Source of the DNA: Klebsormidium nitens
Taxonomy: Eukaryota; Plantae; Klebsormidiophyceae
Length of the DNA stretch: 64,000 bases
Direction of reading: 5' to 3'
Assembly: GCA_000708835.1 (NCBI GenBank)
Contig: DF237055.1
Coordinates: forward strand, 1 to 64,000
The notes beneath the pieces are model-generated. The model was not told the origin of the DNA. It ran no database searches and saw only the letters and a list, made by a program, of their open reading frames with translations. Positions 41,463-53,985 of this stretch are shown piece after piece. The position numbers were made by a program, and so were the translations under genes. Numbering within the stretch: position 1 is the stretch's first letter; each line of letters opens with the position of its first letter.

Positions 41463-42635
41463 AGGAGCGTACATTCTTTTAGCCGTTCCCTGAACAACTC
41501 TTCTTCAGAATCCTGCGAATGGCCTTCTTGAACATCTGCCGTGTCTTTGGGGGCCGCCTTGATCTCTGTGCGCATGGTTTCAAAGGCCTGCGTCAAATCG
41601 TCCAATCGCTATCTAGGCGGTCTGCATTGTGCAGCTTCAATATTACATATATTAGTTTGAGAACCTACAGCCTAGCAAATGCTTTGGCAAGTGCCACCTC
41701 GTGTGAATCTTGTAAGCATGGCGCTGCGTAGATTCGACAGGAATGAGCTTGGCTCACCGCTATGGCTGGCCCTCAACAATTGTATTGGTGACTACATACG
41801 GACTTTCAAGACAGCCTCGCTTGATTGTTGCCAGAGTTGAATGTCAATTGGTTCAACGATCAGCTCCTGACGCCCAGCTGATTGAAAACCGACAAGACAC
41901 AGAGGTGTTGGGACATCTAATGGCCATGAGTCGATTGTACATACACTTGACCATATGTTCACGACTTACCGGTATAGTAGCACGCCATGTGTCAGTGTCG
42001 AGCTAAATTTTGCACTTAGTAATATTGTACTGCATCCTAATTCAGGCGCACTCTAAGCTTACGACAACTGCGGCCGCTAGCAGATACTAATTGAAGAGTT
42101 GCTACCTACAATTTGCAAACCACGGCCCTCGGCAGTTAAGGTTCAATCCCAAAATCTTACGCTTCAAAGCAATATGTATGCACGAGCTATATAAGACAGC
42201 TCACGCGCAATCCGACCGTCCCCGCAAGCTAATTTTTTATATGAGCACGAGCCGGCCTTGGACAGAGCTTCCGTGTATATAAATCGTTTTCTGCAGTGTA
42301 CGGTCGCCATGCTCAATGGCATGCGAAAGACTGCTGGCTGGCGCTTGGCCTGACTCGGAGCCTAAGACTTATACACCATGAGAGCTCAGTCAGATATTTA
42401 AGTAGATTGCATGGAAAACCTAAAACCCGAGGAGGCGGCTGTCGAAAACTTGAAAGCAGCAGTAGATCGCGACAACCTTTCGGCCATAGCTAACCCGCCA
42501 GAACTAGCTGTGGAAACACGAGAGAGCAATGCATAGCTGAGACGGTTCAGTGCACATGTGGAATAGGTACTTAAACACATGACTTCACACAAATGTACGT
42601 CAAGAGAAAAGGAAGTGAAAACTGGTTAGTTAAAG

Positions 42636-42802
42636 GTTAGGGCTTTGGGCTTCAATGCTTTGGGCTTTGGGCTTTGGGCTTTGAGCTTCTAAGCTTCAAT
42701 GCGTTGGTTTCAAGTGGAAAGGAGGGAATAGTCACAAATTAGGGTTTTGAAGGGTTTCAGCTCAATCGTTGCACATGCGCTTTTAGGGTTTCAGATTTTA
42801 GG
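42636..42802 (+). repeat. Telomere-variant repeats upstream of ValRS (TTTGGGC run, TTAGGG/TTTTAGGG words)
   Basis: GTTAGGGCTTTGGGC...GCTTTGGGCTTTGGGCTTTGGGCTTTGAGC, TTAGGGTTTT and TTTTAGGGTTTC. Confidence 0.55.
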
Positions 42803-43065
42803 CCAGCTCTGGCTTGAGACCTTGCCATTGGCATTACTGCAGCATTGCGTTTGTCTACGCCCTTCCAAGCACGCTTTTTAAGGGCACCACATTGGCCATC
42901 CCAGACATTGAACCTCAGGCCTGTGCCAGGTTGCAGGTGTGCGGTTCAACACCTCTGCCTCTCTCTTTCTGGTGGCAGATGTCGGCAGCGTTGGCCGTCA
43001 GGCGTTAACGTCACACTGATGATCAGCGGTTTAAAGCTGCCTATATGCTGAGTAGATTCAGAGGG

Positions 43066-46000
43066 ATGGCATCCACCTTGATACCCTCATCTTTCAAGCT
43101 CTGCTTACCGAACTCCAGGCTTCCCGCAACGAGCCGGCTTGCCTGCGCAAGTGTCGAGAGCACACAGAGTTTGGCCTTCATTGGAAGGGCAAAATGGCCA
43201 CCTGTGATCGCTTTTCCTTCAACACAGTACAGGGGATCTCTGCTGTCCTTGCGCTCTTCGTTTATTGGCAGAAGTGAACGCCTCTCAACAGCAAATGCAG
43301 CGCTGTCGAGAAGTGAGAGCAAGCAGCGTTGTGTGACAACAAGAGCACTTGCAGGTAGGACAAGAAGCTCGGGCGTCTGAAAGTGGTGGCAGTCTGCGGT
43401 TATGTCTTGACCAACAGACCAATGCGCTAACAGAAGTATCAGATGTCAAGGTACATTTAGGCTGGTCGAGAGGGCTGGCCTTGAGTCCATATGTCTGGCA
43501 GGTCTGCCAGTGGGAAACCTTCCGCTGCCACCAGAATCCAACGACTTGCAGCATTGAGTGTGCGCGTTCTTAAGCTTTCACTTGCGTTGGTTTGGTCTTT
43601 GCTTCGTGCAACTGCACCACCACTTCATCGCTAGAAAGTGACCATTGCTTTCGCGATATATTCAGCAGGGAGCTCTGAGGATGGGCCTGGGACACCCGCG
43701 GAACTGCCAAAGAACTTTGACTTCACTGCAGAGGAGCGACTGTACTCATGGTCAGCCCCCTTGCTCCTGAAATTGACCACACTAGTATGCTGAGCATGAT
43801 CTTGATGTTGGAGTAAAACGGCACACTGACTTGCTGAGGCTGATCTGCTTTTGACTGCAGTGTATTCCTTTCTGTGCTTGGCTGCGGCAATGGCACCAAA
43901 GGGATCTGGTGTCGTCTGCAATAAAGATCCTGGGTGCGTTTAAAAGCCTCGTTCGTTCGTGCTTACAAACAGCTCGCTTGTTAAAAATTCTCAATGCGCT
44001 GATTTTATCTGCCTTCTACTGACATCAGAAGACCTTGATCGTGTCGTCAACGCTGATAGAGTGTGAAAAGGCCCCTTTCTGGATCTACATTCGCGGACCT
44101 CTTGCCATACATGCCCTTCTGGAAGGTTTCGCGATTAGCCCTACTGTTTTTGACCCCCTCTCCCCCCCCTAACTTCAGGTGGAGCACAAACGGGTACTTT
44201 AAGCCAAACGAGAGCGACAACTCACAAAAGCCGTTTGTGATGTCGATGCCCCCCCCCAACGTGACCGGCGCGCTCCACATGGGCCACGCAATGTTCGTGA
44301 CGCTGCAAGATATCATGGCGCGTTATCACCGCATGCGGGGCCGTCCGGTGCTGTGGCTTCCGGGAACAGACCACGCAGGCATCGCAACACAAGTGGGTGT
44401 TTCGTCTTTATCGGCTGTGTTTGACTCGAATATCTCATGAAAGTTTCGGGTTGTTTCGGATTCCGTGGTGCCAGGTATCGGGGTTGTCTGCTTTCGAGGA
44501 ACCGACTTGTTCAAAAATCGAGGGTGTGGAGGGTTTCAGGGCTGCTTGTTTTTCTCGTGATGGAGTTGTCAAATCTTCGGGGCTCGGTCCTCTCAGTGTT
44601 CACAAAGGACAACTCGTAACAGGATAACATGACCACTTGAATCTGGATAAGTCGAGCGTCTGCCCAACCACGATAGATTGGTTCTCGGGGTGTCTCACAT
44701 GGGAGAAGCTTTTGACAGTGCCTTTGACACTTGCGACGGTTATGGGCGGCTTGTCCAGGTCTTGTCACATATCTTCGTTTCTCTTGCTAACTTGTTCCGC
44801 TCCTGTAAACATACTCTTGTCCTCCTTTATCTGCTGTTCAGACCAACTTTTCTACTCTGATGTCGCGCCTGAATATACTACTTTCTTTCCGATCTAGTTG
44901 GTGGTTGAGAAGATGCTCGCGGCAGAAGGCGTCAAGCGGACGGATCTTGGACGGGACGAATTCGTGCGTCGTGTGTGGGACTGGAAGGCCAAGTACGGGG
45001 GCACTATCTGCAACCAGTTGCGCAGGCTCGGGGCCTCGTGCGATTGGTCGCGGGAGCGCTTCACACTCGACGACAAGCTCAGCGGTGAGTCTCGCCGAGT
45101 CTTGCTTTTTACGGTTCTATGACTTCGAGGTTGGGCTTTCAGGAGGAGACTTGCTACCTTTCGGGAGAAGGCTCGAAGGTTAGGGCAAGTCGTCACGGGA
45201 GCGCTTCCCGCTCGACGAAAAGCTCAGCGGTGGGTTTGGCTTTTCACCATGCTTTAGTGTTGGCCTCTTAGGGTTCATTAAGGTTGGGTCTCAAAAGGAG
45301 GGTTCCTGACAAGGAAGAAGAACCTGAGGGCTCGTGCAATTGGTAGTGGGAGCGCTTAGCGCTCAACATCAAGCACAGTGGTGAGGTTTGGAACCTTATT
45401 CCAACCTATCCATCTGAGACTTCTCCGCTTTCAGGAGCGCAGGGTTCTGAAAATGCTTTGTTATCAAACGCTCTCAAACGCTCCAGGCCAGATTTCTATG
45501 CTGACCGTCCCCTGTCTTTGCAGAGGCTGTTGCGGAAGCGTTTCTACGGTTGCACGACAAGGGGCTGGTTTACCGCGGAAGCTACATGGTTAACTGGTCG
45601 CCGCACCTGCAGACCGCCGTGTCGGATCTGGTTAGTGCTCAACCCGCTGGAGTAACCCTTGAGTTATTTTCAGCTCCGATCGTCGACCGTTGTTTGGTCT
45701 AGTCGTAGCGGAAATTGTGCTGTCGGGAAAGTTGATCTTCTCAATTGCCCTGATCGTGGAATTGACCATGAAAGCAAGCCGCAAGGCAACATGGTAGTAC
45801 AACGACGTCCTTGAACAGCAATTCGGTCTGTCGTAGACGTCCGTCGAACTGGGAATCGAAGAAGCGGGAAGAGTTCTAAATAAGGCAAGCACCCTGGCAT
45901 AAGTGGCTGGGAGGTCTGAGCAGGTTCGACTCTACCATTGGCTCGAACTGAAGCAGCGAACCTTTCTCTGTGGCATATCCCACGGTTTTGTGGAATTATT

Positions 46001-49000
46001 GAATCTATGTACGTAAGATCGGATGCCGCCGAACAACAACGGATGATGACACTGGCAGCAAGCTTTGCCGAAATCTTGCAAATGAAATATCTTGGCGTCG
46101 TTGAAAAACTCCGAGAAGGTCGAAAAGGTTTCTCAACTTGACACCCTGAGTTTGCGCTCATCCCTCGTGATCCGTACAAGTAAGCTTCCGTTACCATCTT
46201 AATCCGCATTCTGGTCGCCAGAAACTGCTGCTGTTGAAAGCAGGCTGTCCAGACCTCATCTTGGCAGAATATTGCATTGTGCGAACAACTGAATGAACGA
46301 CGAAATGTATCCTCCGATTGCTTCGCAGGAAGTAGAATACAGCGAGGAACCTGGGAAGCTGTTTTACTTCCGGTACCCGATCGCCGGCGGAGGCCCCGAC
46401 GATTACCTCCCTGTGGCGACAACTAGACCAGAAACTGTTTTGGGCGATACGGCCGTGGCAGTGCATCCGGAAGACGAGCGGTATACAAAGTTTGTCGGGA
46501 GAAACGCCGTCGTGCCGATGAGCGGGGGACGGGAGATCCCGGTCATTGCTGACGAGGTGAGATTCGGAGGACAGGAAGGGTCCCTCGCAGAAGCGTGCCA
46601 CGTGTCTTGCTGGAAGCAACCTAACTTTCACTGTGCCGGAAGAAACAGCCACAATCCCAATTCGTGACATTACTACCAACCGACATGCCGATTGATAACC
46701 CCCGTTCTCATCCAGCAACTCCCTTCGTTCTGCTACTTTTGGCAAAACTCTGGTTCCATTAAGTCGAGGCGAATGCGCCGGGAAGAGCCGGGTGACGAGA
46801 TTTGCTTGTCGGAGCCCTGCAGATACAGCGTTTCGGAATCGTTTATGATGTTAAAACCCCTTAGCCTTGAAGCTCGGCTCCTCAGTGTCTGCCTCTTTAG
46901 TGCAATAACAACTTCTGCATACGCTGACCTCTCGTCAAAGGTTGCATCTCTCCTAAGCTCCGTATCTCAATTTGTTCCCGCTCTCGTTCCAGTACGTCGA
47001 CCGGGAGTTCGGCACCGGCGCCCTCAAGATCACCCCGGGGCACGATCCCAACGACTACGCAATCGGTCAAAAGGTCGGGCTGCCGATTATCAACATCATG
47101 AACAAGGACGGCAGCCTGAACGAGAACGCGGGGAAGTACCAGGGAATGGACCGGTTTGCGGTTCGGAAACAGTTGTGGGCGGACATGGAAGCGGAGGGGC
47201 TGGCAATCAAGGCGGAGCCGTATACGCTACGTGTGCCGCGGTCGCAACGAGGAGGAGAGGTAGGAGCCTGGTTTCTTCCTCTTCCTAAGTCCTGACGGGT
47301 TATACTGTGTTTTCAGCAGCGCTGCTTTTTGATGAGTGTTGTCTGCATTGACTGGGCTTTTCCGTCCTCGATGAGGCGGGAGTTAATTTCCCTTATGTTT
47401 GCCTCACTCTTTTTCGGCCCAAGCCCAGGTTGCCTGTCCCTTACTTCGCATGCTTCGTCGTCGAATCTGCGGGTATGGGCCCGCTAAAAGGTCTGGCTGC
47501 AACCATACAGCCGGAGTTGGTCGAATACCAAACGCTTATCGCGCTTGTAAATGGCAAACCTCTCGTTGCCAGCTTTGTGATGTCGTCTGCCTGCGCTGGC
47601 CAGTATTTTAACAGCAAACCTGACGACAGCAGCCACAAGAGAGTCACAAACGTTCCGCCTGAGCTTTGCCTTCCAATGGCTACTTAGCTAAGCAGGGGCC
47701 TTAAATTTCGCGCTGGGCACTCAGCGGCCAAACTCAATTCGGTTTCCGCTTACGTATCTCTCCATCTCAGGTGGTGGAACCGTTGGTTAGCAAGCAGTGG
47801 TTTGTGAGGATGGACCCCTTGGCGAAGCCCGCGCTGAAAGCAGTGGAGACGGGGGAGATCAAGATCCTGCCGGAAAGGTTCGAAAAGGTGGGTCTCAGAT
47901 ACCTCTCCTTTGCTGACGTCATGCGGAGCTCCAATATGTGCTCAGAGACTCTTGGAAATCGAAGCGGTTCTCTAATGACCGGTGTAGATTTATCCTGACC
48001 CTTTTGATGAAAACGAAGGTTTTGTTTCTTAGAGCATCTGCAAGGTCGAGCTTGTATTCTTCAACCCTTGTCGTCCTGGTTTAGCGATCCAACACGTAAG
48101 GAACGATTCAGGGTCGTTGATTCATGGTTCAAAGGCCACAGTTCTGATTTTGATCGTGGGATAACCAAATCACGAATGGCCTAGAAAATGAGCGCTTTAG
48201 AGTACCGACGACGAGGCCAGTTTCCGGTCTCTTTCTGCTGTAATTTAGCTGTATCAATATAAGTCAAGAAGAGATGACATACAACTGCCCCACCGCAGGT
48301 CTACAATCGTTGGCTGGGGAACATCCGCGACTGGTGCATCAGCCAACGAGGGATCTGCTCTTGCTTTACAACCATTTCGTTGTATAAGAAACTCTAAGAT
48401 GATTTGACATGCGAATGCCAACGCAGATCTACAACTTTTGGCTGGAGAACATCCGCGACTGGTGCATCAGCCGGCAGCTGTGGTGGGGCCACCGCATTCC
48501 GGTGTACTACGTCAGGGGCTCCGACGAACGGGACTTTGTGGTGGCGAAAAGCGAAGCGGGGGCGTACGAAAAGGCGCGGGAAAAGTATGGCGCGGACGTG
48601 CAACTGGAGCAGGACCCGGACGTTTTGGACACCTGGTTTTCGAGGTGGGTTTTGAGGGTTTAGGATGAGCATGTTAACCTGCGGTTTTGGGGAGTGCAAG
48701 GCGGTGACATGCGAACGGCATGCACTAAGTACATTCTGGGAATCCATCGCCAGGACTCATAACGACTTGGACACCCAGCTGATTTGTCTACTTGTTTCGG
48801 TCTTACGTTGAATGCATAGTAGCTTTTCACGTGTCGGTGGTAGAAATCGCGAGGCAGGGGGCTGGGGAAGCTGCCAAGTACCGTTTGGACTTCAAAGTAA
48901 ATCAGGAACCCAGATTGTTTGTAAGTCCGGTTCACTTGTAAGCTGAGTTTAAGAATGTCACCTTGTTCTTCTCGCAGTGGTCTGTGGCCTTTCAGCACGC

Positions 49001-52000
49001 TCGGCTGGCCCAACGAGGAGTCGCCGGACCTACTCCGATACTACCCGACCCAAGTCCTGGAGACGGGGCATGATATTCTCTTCTTTTGGGTGGCGCGTAT
49101 GATTATGATGGGGATTGAGTTCACTGGGAAGGCGCCGTTTGAGACCGTCTACTTGCACGGTCTTGTACGAGACGCACAGGTAAGCTGCGGATCTTTCTCG
49201 GTCGTCATCTGTCATTTCTTTCCGTCCCCGGCCTCCGCGTATGCAGCGTCAGTTTGGCCCCGGTTGGCGGCTAAAACCGCGGTACACACTAGATACTTGA
49301 GATTCTGTCGCCGTAGTTTTAGGTCTTTGTCAACGAGCAGATAGAAGACGCCAGGCTTACTTCATCTTGTGCACTGTGATCAAGCTTTCAACGGAAGCGC
49401 GGAGGGGCGTCCCCCAATCAGAAAGATTCTCAATCGCATGTTGACCAATGCCTTAAGGAGACATGCGCTCTTGTTGAAAGAGTCTCGCCGCCGCACTCAG
49501 GAGTCCTTAGACCTCTCTTGACGCACCGGCACCCGCTTGCAGGGCCGCAAGATGTCAAAAAGTATAGGGAACGTGATCGACCCGCTCGATTCGATCGCCG
49601 AATACGGGACCGACGCGCTGCGGTTCACCCTGGCCGTGGGCACGACGCCAGGACAGGTACGAAAAGTTTCCAACTCTAGGGCTTTATATTTAATCGACTG
49701 AGTCCCCTGCTTTTGGCAGAAGACACAGTATGAGTTTTATATTGGCTGCATTAGTTCGATCAAGGCAGCTGATGAGCTGTTAGCTAAGTTGTCCAGGGGA
49801 TAAACGCTTCTCAGTTCCTGCCGTTGTTCAAGTCAGTCAACGAGTGCAGAGGGGCAGAAACGAGTTTGTTCATCTTACGGCCATCTTTCACAACTCAAGA
49901 AAGGAGTCTTGAGCAGTTCAAAAGTGCCCTCGGAAGTCTTCCGCGTCGTGACGTCATCTTTTGTTGAACTTGTTACTTCGCTCTTCCACGTATACATTGA
50001 GTCTCAGTCACGTGCATCAATTTGCATTCAAACGAATGGTTGAGACGTGTACGTAGTATCCGTTTTCGCGCTTTGAAAACCAGCGCTGTGTGTCGAGTCC
50101 CTGGCAATCTGACTTGCCCAATCCGAAAGGCCCTGTTCCCTGGCCCCCTCCCCAGGACGTCAACCTCTCCCCCGAGAAGCTCACCTCCAACAAGGCCTTC
50201 ACCAACAAGCTCTGGAACGCCGGCAAGTTCATCCTCCAAAACTTGCAAAACATCTCGGACCCGTCCGAACGTGCCGCGCTCTCGACCGTCCGATTCGACA
50301 CTCCCGAATCGCTGGCGGGGCTCTCGCTCGCGGAGCGGTGGGCAATCACGAAGCTCCACGTGTTGATCGACCATTCGACGCGGTGCTACGAAGGGTTCGA
50401 CTTTGGGGGGGTCGGGAGGGCGACGTACGACTTCTTCTGGAGCGACTTTGCTGACTGGTAAGTGTCCGCGTTTGGCAACCAGACGAGGCTTTGGTCTTTC
50501 TGGTTGTGGACCCCGCTTTGGGGGCGTTGGTGAGCGCAGCAAGCGTTGGGGGCGTGCCCGACGAGGTTATGTCTTACGCGTTAAAAACGTGTTTCCTACC
50601 AACGGTCAAAATATAAAGTGGACGGCAACTCCTACAATAGTTTCCACAGCCACAAGCATGCCCTTCCATGATTTCCAAGCCTCCCCCATCGCTACAATGC
50701 GTTCCTTCGACCGTTGTCCTATTCGTTCTATTCTTTCTCCTTTTCGCATCTTCTACGACTTGTCTCACTTTTCCCCCCCAAGATACATTGGGGCGGGTGA
50801 AGTTCACCCTGTTGCTGAAGCTCGTTCCCTTTTCAGGCGTTTGTCTGTTTTGTTCTCCGGTCACCATCCTCTTCAAGGCAAGCCAGGCGGCTTTACCAAA
50901 CCGTCCGTGAATACTGAATGTTCGATTCCTCTATCTTGGCTGCATCGCCATTGCCTTCTTTTTTCCAGGTACATCGAGGCGAGCAAGACGCGGTTGTACC
51001 AGACCGCCGACCAGCAAGCCGCCGTCGCGTCGCGCGAGGTCCTCGTATACATTTTCGACAAAGTCCTCAAGCTGCTACACCCCTTCATGCCGTTCGTCAC
51101 CGAGGAGCTCTGGCAGGTAAACTGCGCGCGTGCGAGCACAATCTTTAGTAGTTCTGGCACTTCGGGTTCTTTGTTACCAATTTGCATTGAGAGTCCATGA
51201 CTGATCTCCGATCTGGTGGCTAGCGAAGCTGTGTACTGTCCACTTAAAGAAGGGTTCAAGCGCGTTGGTTGGGCTTTGGCAGGTGTCTTTTTCAGGGGGA
51301 ACGAGCGGGGGGGTGTATACTACGTCCGGGGGAGTGTCGAACGGACGCCTTAAGATTATCTGTTTCCGCTGCTCATCCGCTTAAGGAGGAAGGATGTCAA
51401 AGACTGCGTCGAAACGTTGGCGACATCTACTCGACTTCATGGAGGCTTTGACAGGCGTCGCTGAGTCTGGAACAGTGTAATCCAGTGCGCACAACTTATT
51501 GGTAGGCACGCACAACGCGCAACCCCCCTGAAGTCTGACACGTCAGATTTTCAATGTAGTCGGTGAAGAACGAGCCCTTGGTTCGACCATAAAACCTAAA
51601 CCTTCACTGCATACCAATCGGAAACTGGAATTCTCGCAGGCACTCCCTCACGACGGCAGAGCTTTGATAGCCGCGCCATGGCCGGCGACCGGTCTTCCCC
51701 AGGACGGCGCGGCAGTCGCCCAGTTTGAAACCCTCCAAGCTCTGGTAAGTTAACTGGGCGAGGTCTGATTTTTCAATCTGTGCTTCTCGAAAGGGGAAGG
51801 GACCGCATAGCAAGTGCGATTTTTAGAAAGATGGGAAGTGCTCAGCCGGGAGGGAAAAAGATTGGCAAGTGCACAATCTGAAGGTCGCTGAACCGCTCTA
51901 CTCAAGAAAGTGTGAAGTCTCCGGTCGCAATCTCCAAGAAACGCCTCCCTGCTATTCGACGAGGATCCGAAAACTTCCTGTATGAGTTTGTCAATCCTCG

Positions 52001-53985
52001 ATCGTTATGGAGCGTTGGAAAGCTTAAAGACAGAAAGTTCAAACTTGAAAGGCCACTTGGACGTTTAGTGGACTTGACGGGGTCACCGCCCGGTTCCGTG
52101 CGCCCCCGGCCACCCACAGACCTGACGGACCGAAAAAACGCCGTTCTTACGATACATGGTAGTGAAAGGCCTGTACTACCTTGTACGTCTGATGCGCCAC
52201 GGCCGTTGATGCATGATGCATTGGATTGCCCTGGGGCTGGAGATTGTTTGCATCTTGTGTTGTAATCAGTGAAGTTGGACTCTTGTTGGTACAATCAATT
52301 CGTCAGTACATGTCTACAAGGTTTTTGTACTTTCGCATGTGCGCGCCTCGAGTCCTCCTGTAGTGTTTTTTTTAATCTTTTGGACACGTCAAGGCGTGCT
52401 GACTCTCTTAAGCTTTTCAAACTGATCTAAGATCTAAGATCGTATAAATATACGAACCGATACGCACACCTATCACGCTCAATCAGACATCTGTCGTGCT
52501 CATTTGGACGCACTTTCCCGCAGGTCCGGTCCATTCGGAACGCGCGGTCCGAGTACAACGTTGAACCTGGAAAGCGCATCCCGGCCATCATTGTGGCCCG
52601 TCAGTTGGAGACACGTGGCTTCCTATCCGAAGAAGCGACGGTGCTGACGTCACTGACAAAAGTGGATCCAGACGGGCTCGAGTTTACGGACGTCGCGCCC
52701 GGTTAGTTGGGGGTCCAGTCTCAACTATTTTGCGTTCTTGATTTGAAGTGTGTTTTCTCCGTGCTCGATGCATATGATGTGCTTCTTAGCGGCTTCTCTT
52801 TGTCGCTCTGGTAAAGCGTAGGTTCTGGTGGCTTGGGCTCCTGCACCAGTGAGTCGCTAAGGATCGGTATTCTGAGAATCGACCTTGAAAAGCTTCCTAT
52901 TCTTCAGCCTTCGTCTTTCCTTCTGTGCCTGCTTTCCGTGACTATTTTGGGGTTGATTCTGCTCTCAACGATCACTGAGATTTGTGGTGTAGCGCTTCCC
53001 GGGAATGCTCGAAGACGGCAACAGGAAAACCTTTGTTCAGCGAGGATGGCGCCGTCTTTGATCTTTTACCTTCTTTTGAACTTTGTTGACAGTACCATCA
53101 CTTCTCCAGAACACCCATTGTGTCTTACATATCCCATGTCCGACAGCTGGCGCAGCGACGAGCCGGTCCGCATGGCCAAAATGACTTTGCTCAAGGTGGC
53201 TCATCCAACCTGACAATCGCTTATGCTACCTCGCATCCTCTTATGTCCGCCAGCTGGCGACAGCGGCGAGTTCGTCCAGCTTGTGATTTCCGAAGGCCTA
53301 GAGGCGTTCCTCCCAATGGCGGGCCTAGTGGACATGGAGAAAGAACTAGAGCGGCTGAAAAAGCAGGCGGCCCAGCTGGAGGGGACCGTTACCTCTCTAA
53401 CCCAGAGGCTGTCGTCACCCAAGGCAAGTGACTTCGCGCCACGTGTTTTGTCTGGGAACGCAGATATGGTCACAACGTCTGCTTCATCATTTTGATTTTG
53501 TACCCGGTTTAGTTGACCGTCAATGTGACCCGTCCGTTGTGTTCTCCTTCTGCTTTGTGTGGTTCAAATTTGAAGATCCGGGCAATTCCTCGCATTGGAT
53601 CTAAGATAAACAACGAGCCAAAGCAGACGGATCCGTCTGATTGAGTTTCATGGCATGCAAAGCCATCCCATAATTTTTACGATGAGTCGCTCCTCAGAAA
53701 CAAGAGCCAATCACGGGTGTCGCAAGATAGTTCCTTACTCAAATCTCGTCTGCTCCTGCTGTGCTTGCTTTCCTGCTCGTTCCCCAAAGCTTCCTGCGCT
53801 TGGCTCTTTTGTGATCCGAAAAGAGCTCACTGACATCGGATATTCGCCCCCTGCAGTTTGTCGAGAAAGCTCCGGCCGCTGTCGTGCAAGAGGCCCGGGA
53901 TAAGAAGACGGAAGCCGAGGAGAAGTTGGCTTTGCTCAAAAGTCGATTAGAGCAGATGGAAGTCATGAAGGCTCCGGCTCTCTAG
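43066..53985 (+). CDS. valS: Valyl-tRNA synthetase, organellar (plastid-type) with transit peptide, 17 exons, about 1019 aa
   Basis: Exons: 43066-43354, 43666-43750, 44179-44392, 44898-45084, 45524-45630, 46329-46556, 46993-47259, 47771-47887, 48427-48644, 48978-49179, 49543-49656, 50156-50457, 50969-51116, 51640-51744, 52524-52701, 53254-53423, 53857-53985 (3060 nt). HIGH-type motif [13 protein letters not shown]; editing motif [10 protein letters not shown]; [12 protein letters not shown]; [13 protein letters not shown]; KMSKS. An alternative in-frame ATG lies at 43045. Confidence 0.95.
45190..45390 (+). repeat. Two intronic copies of the 3' edge + donor of ValRS exon 44898-45084
   Basis: CGGGAGCGCTTCCCGCTCGACGAAAAGCTCAGCG|GTGGGT (after 45229) and GGGAGCGCTTAGCGCTCAACATCAAGCACAGTG|GTGAGG (after 45380), versus the real CGGGAGCGCTTCACACTCGACGACAAGCTCAGCG|GTGAGT (after 45084). 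Confidence 0.88.
48272..48350 (+). repeat. Intronic copy of the acceptor + 5' edge of ValRS exon 48427-48644
   Basis: CGCAG|GTCTACAATCGTTGGCTGGGGAACATCCGCGACTGGTGCATCAGCC (AG ends 48298). The 26 nt at 48319-48344 are identical to 48447-48472; offset 128. Confidence 0.9.
53424..53856 (+). other. GC-AG intron, last intron of ValRS
   Basis: The conserved ValRS junction RLSSPK|FVEKAP requires donor AAG|GCAAGT at 53424 and acceptor CTGCAG at 53856, phase 0. Confidence 0.85.

Noticed and set aside
42411-42536. Small ORF MENLKPEEAAVENLK...
   Set aside because: Only 41 aa, and its repeat derives from a telomere-like AAAACCTAAAACCC word; no coding support.
45670-46422. 250-aa minus-strand ORF
   Set aside because: Spans a ValRS intron and exon antisense, has no motifs and a non-ATG start.
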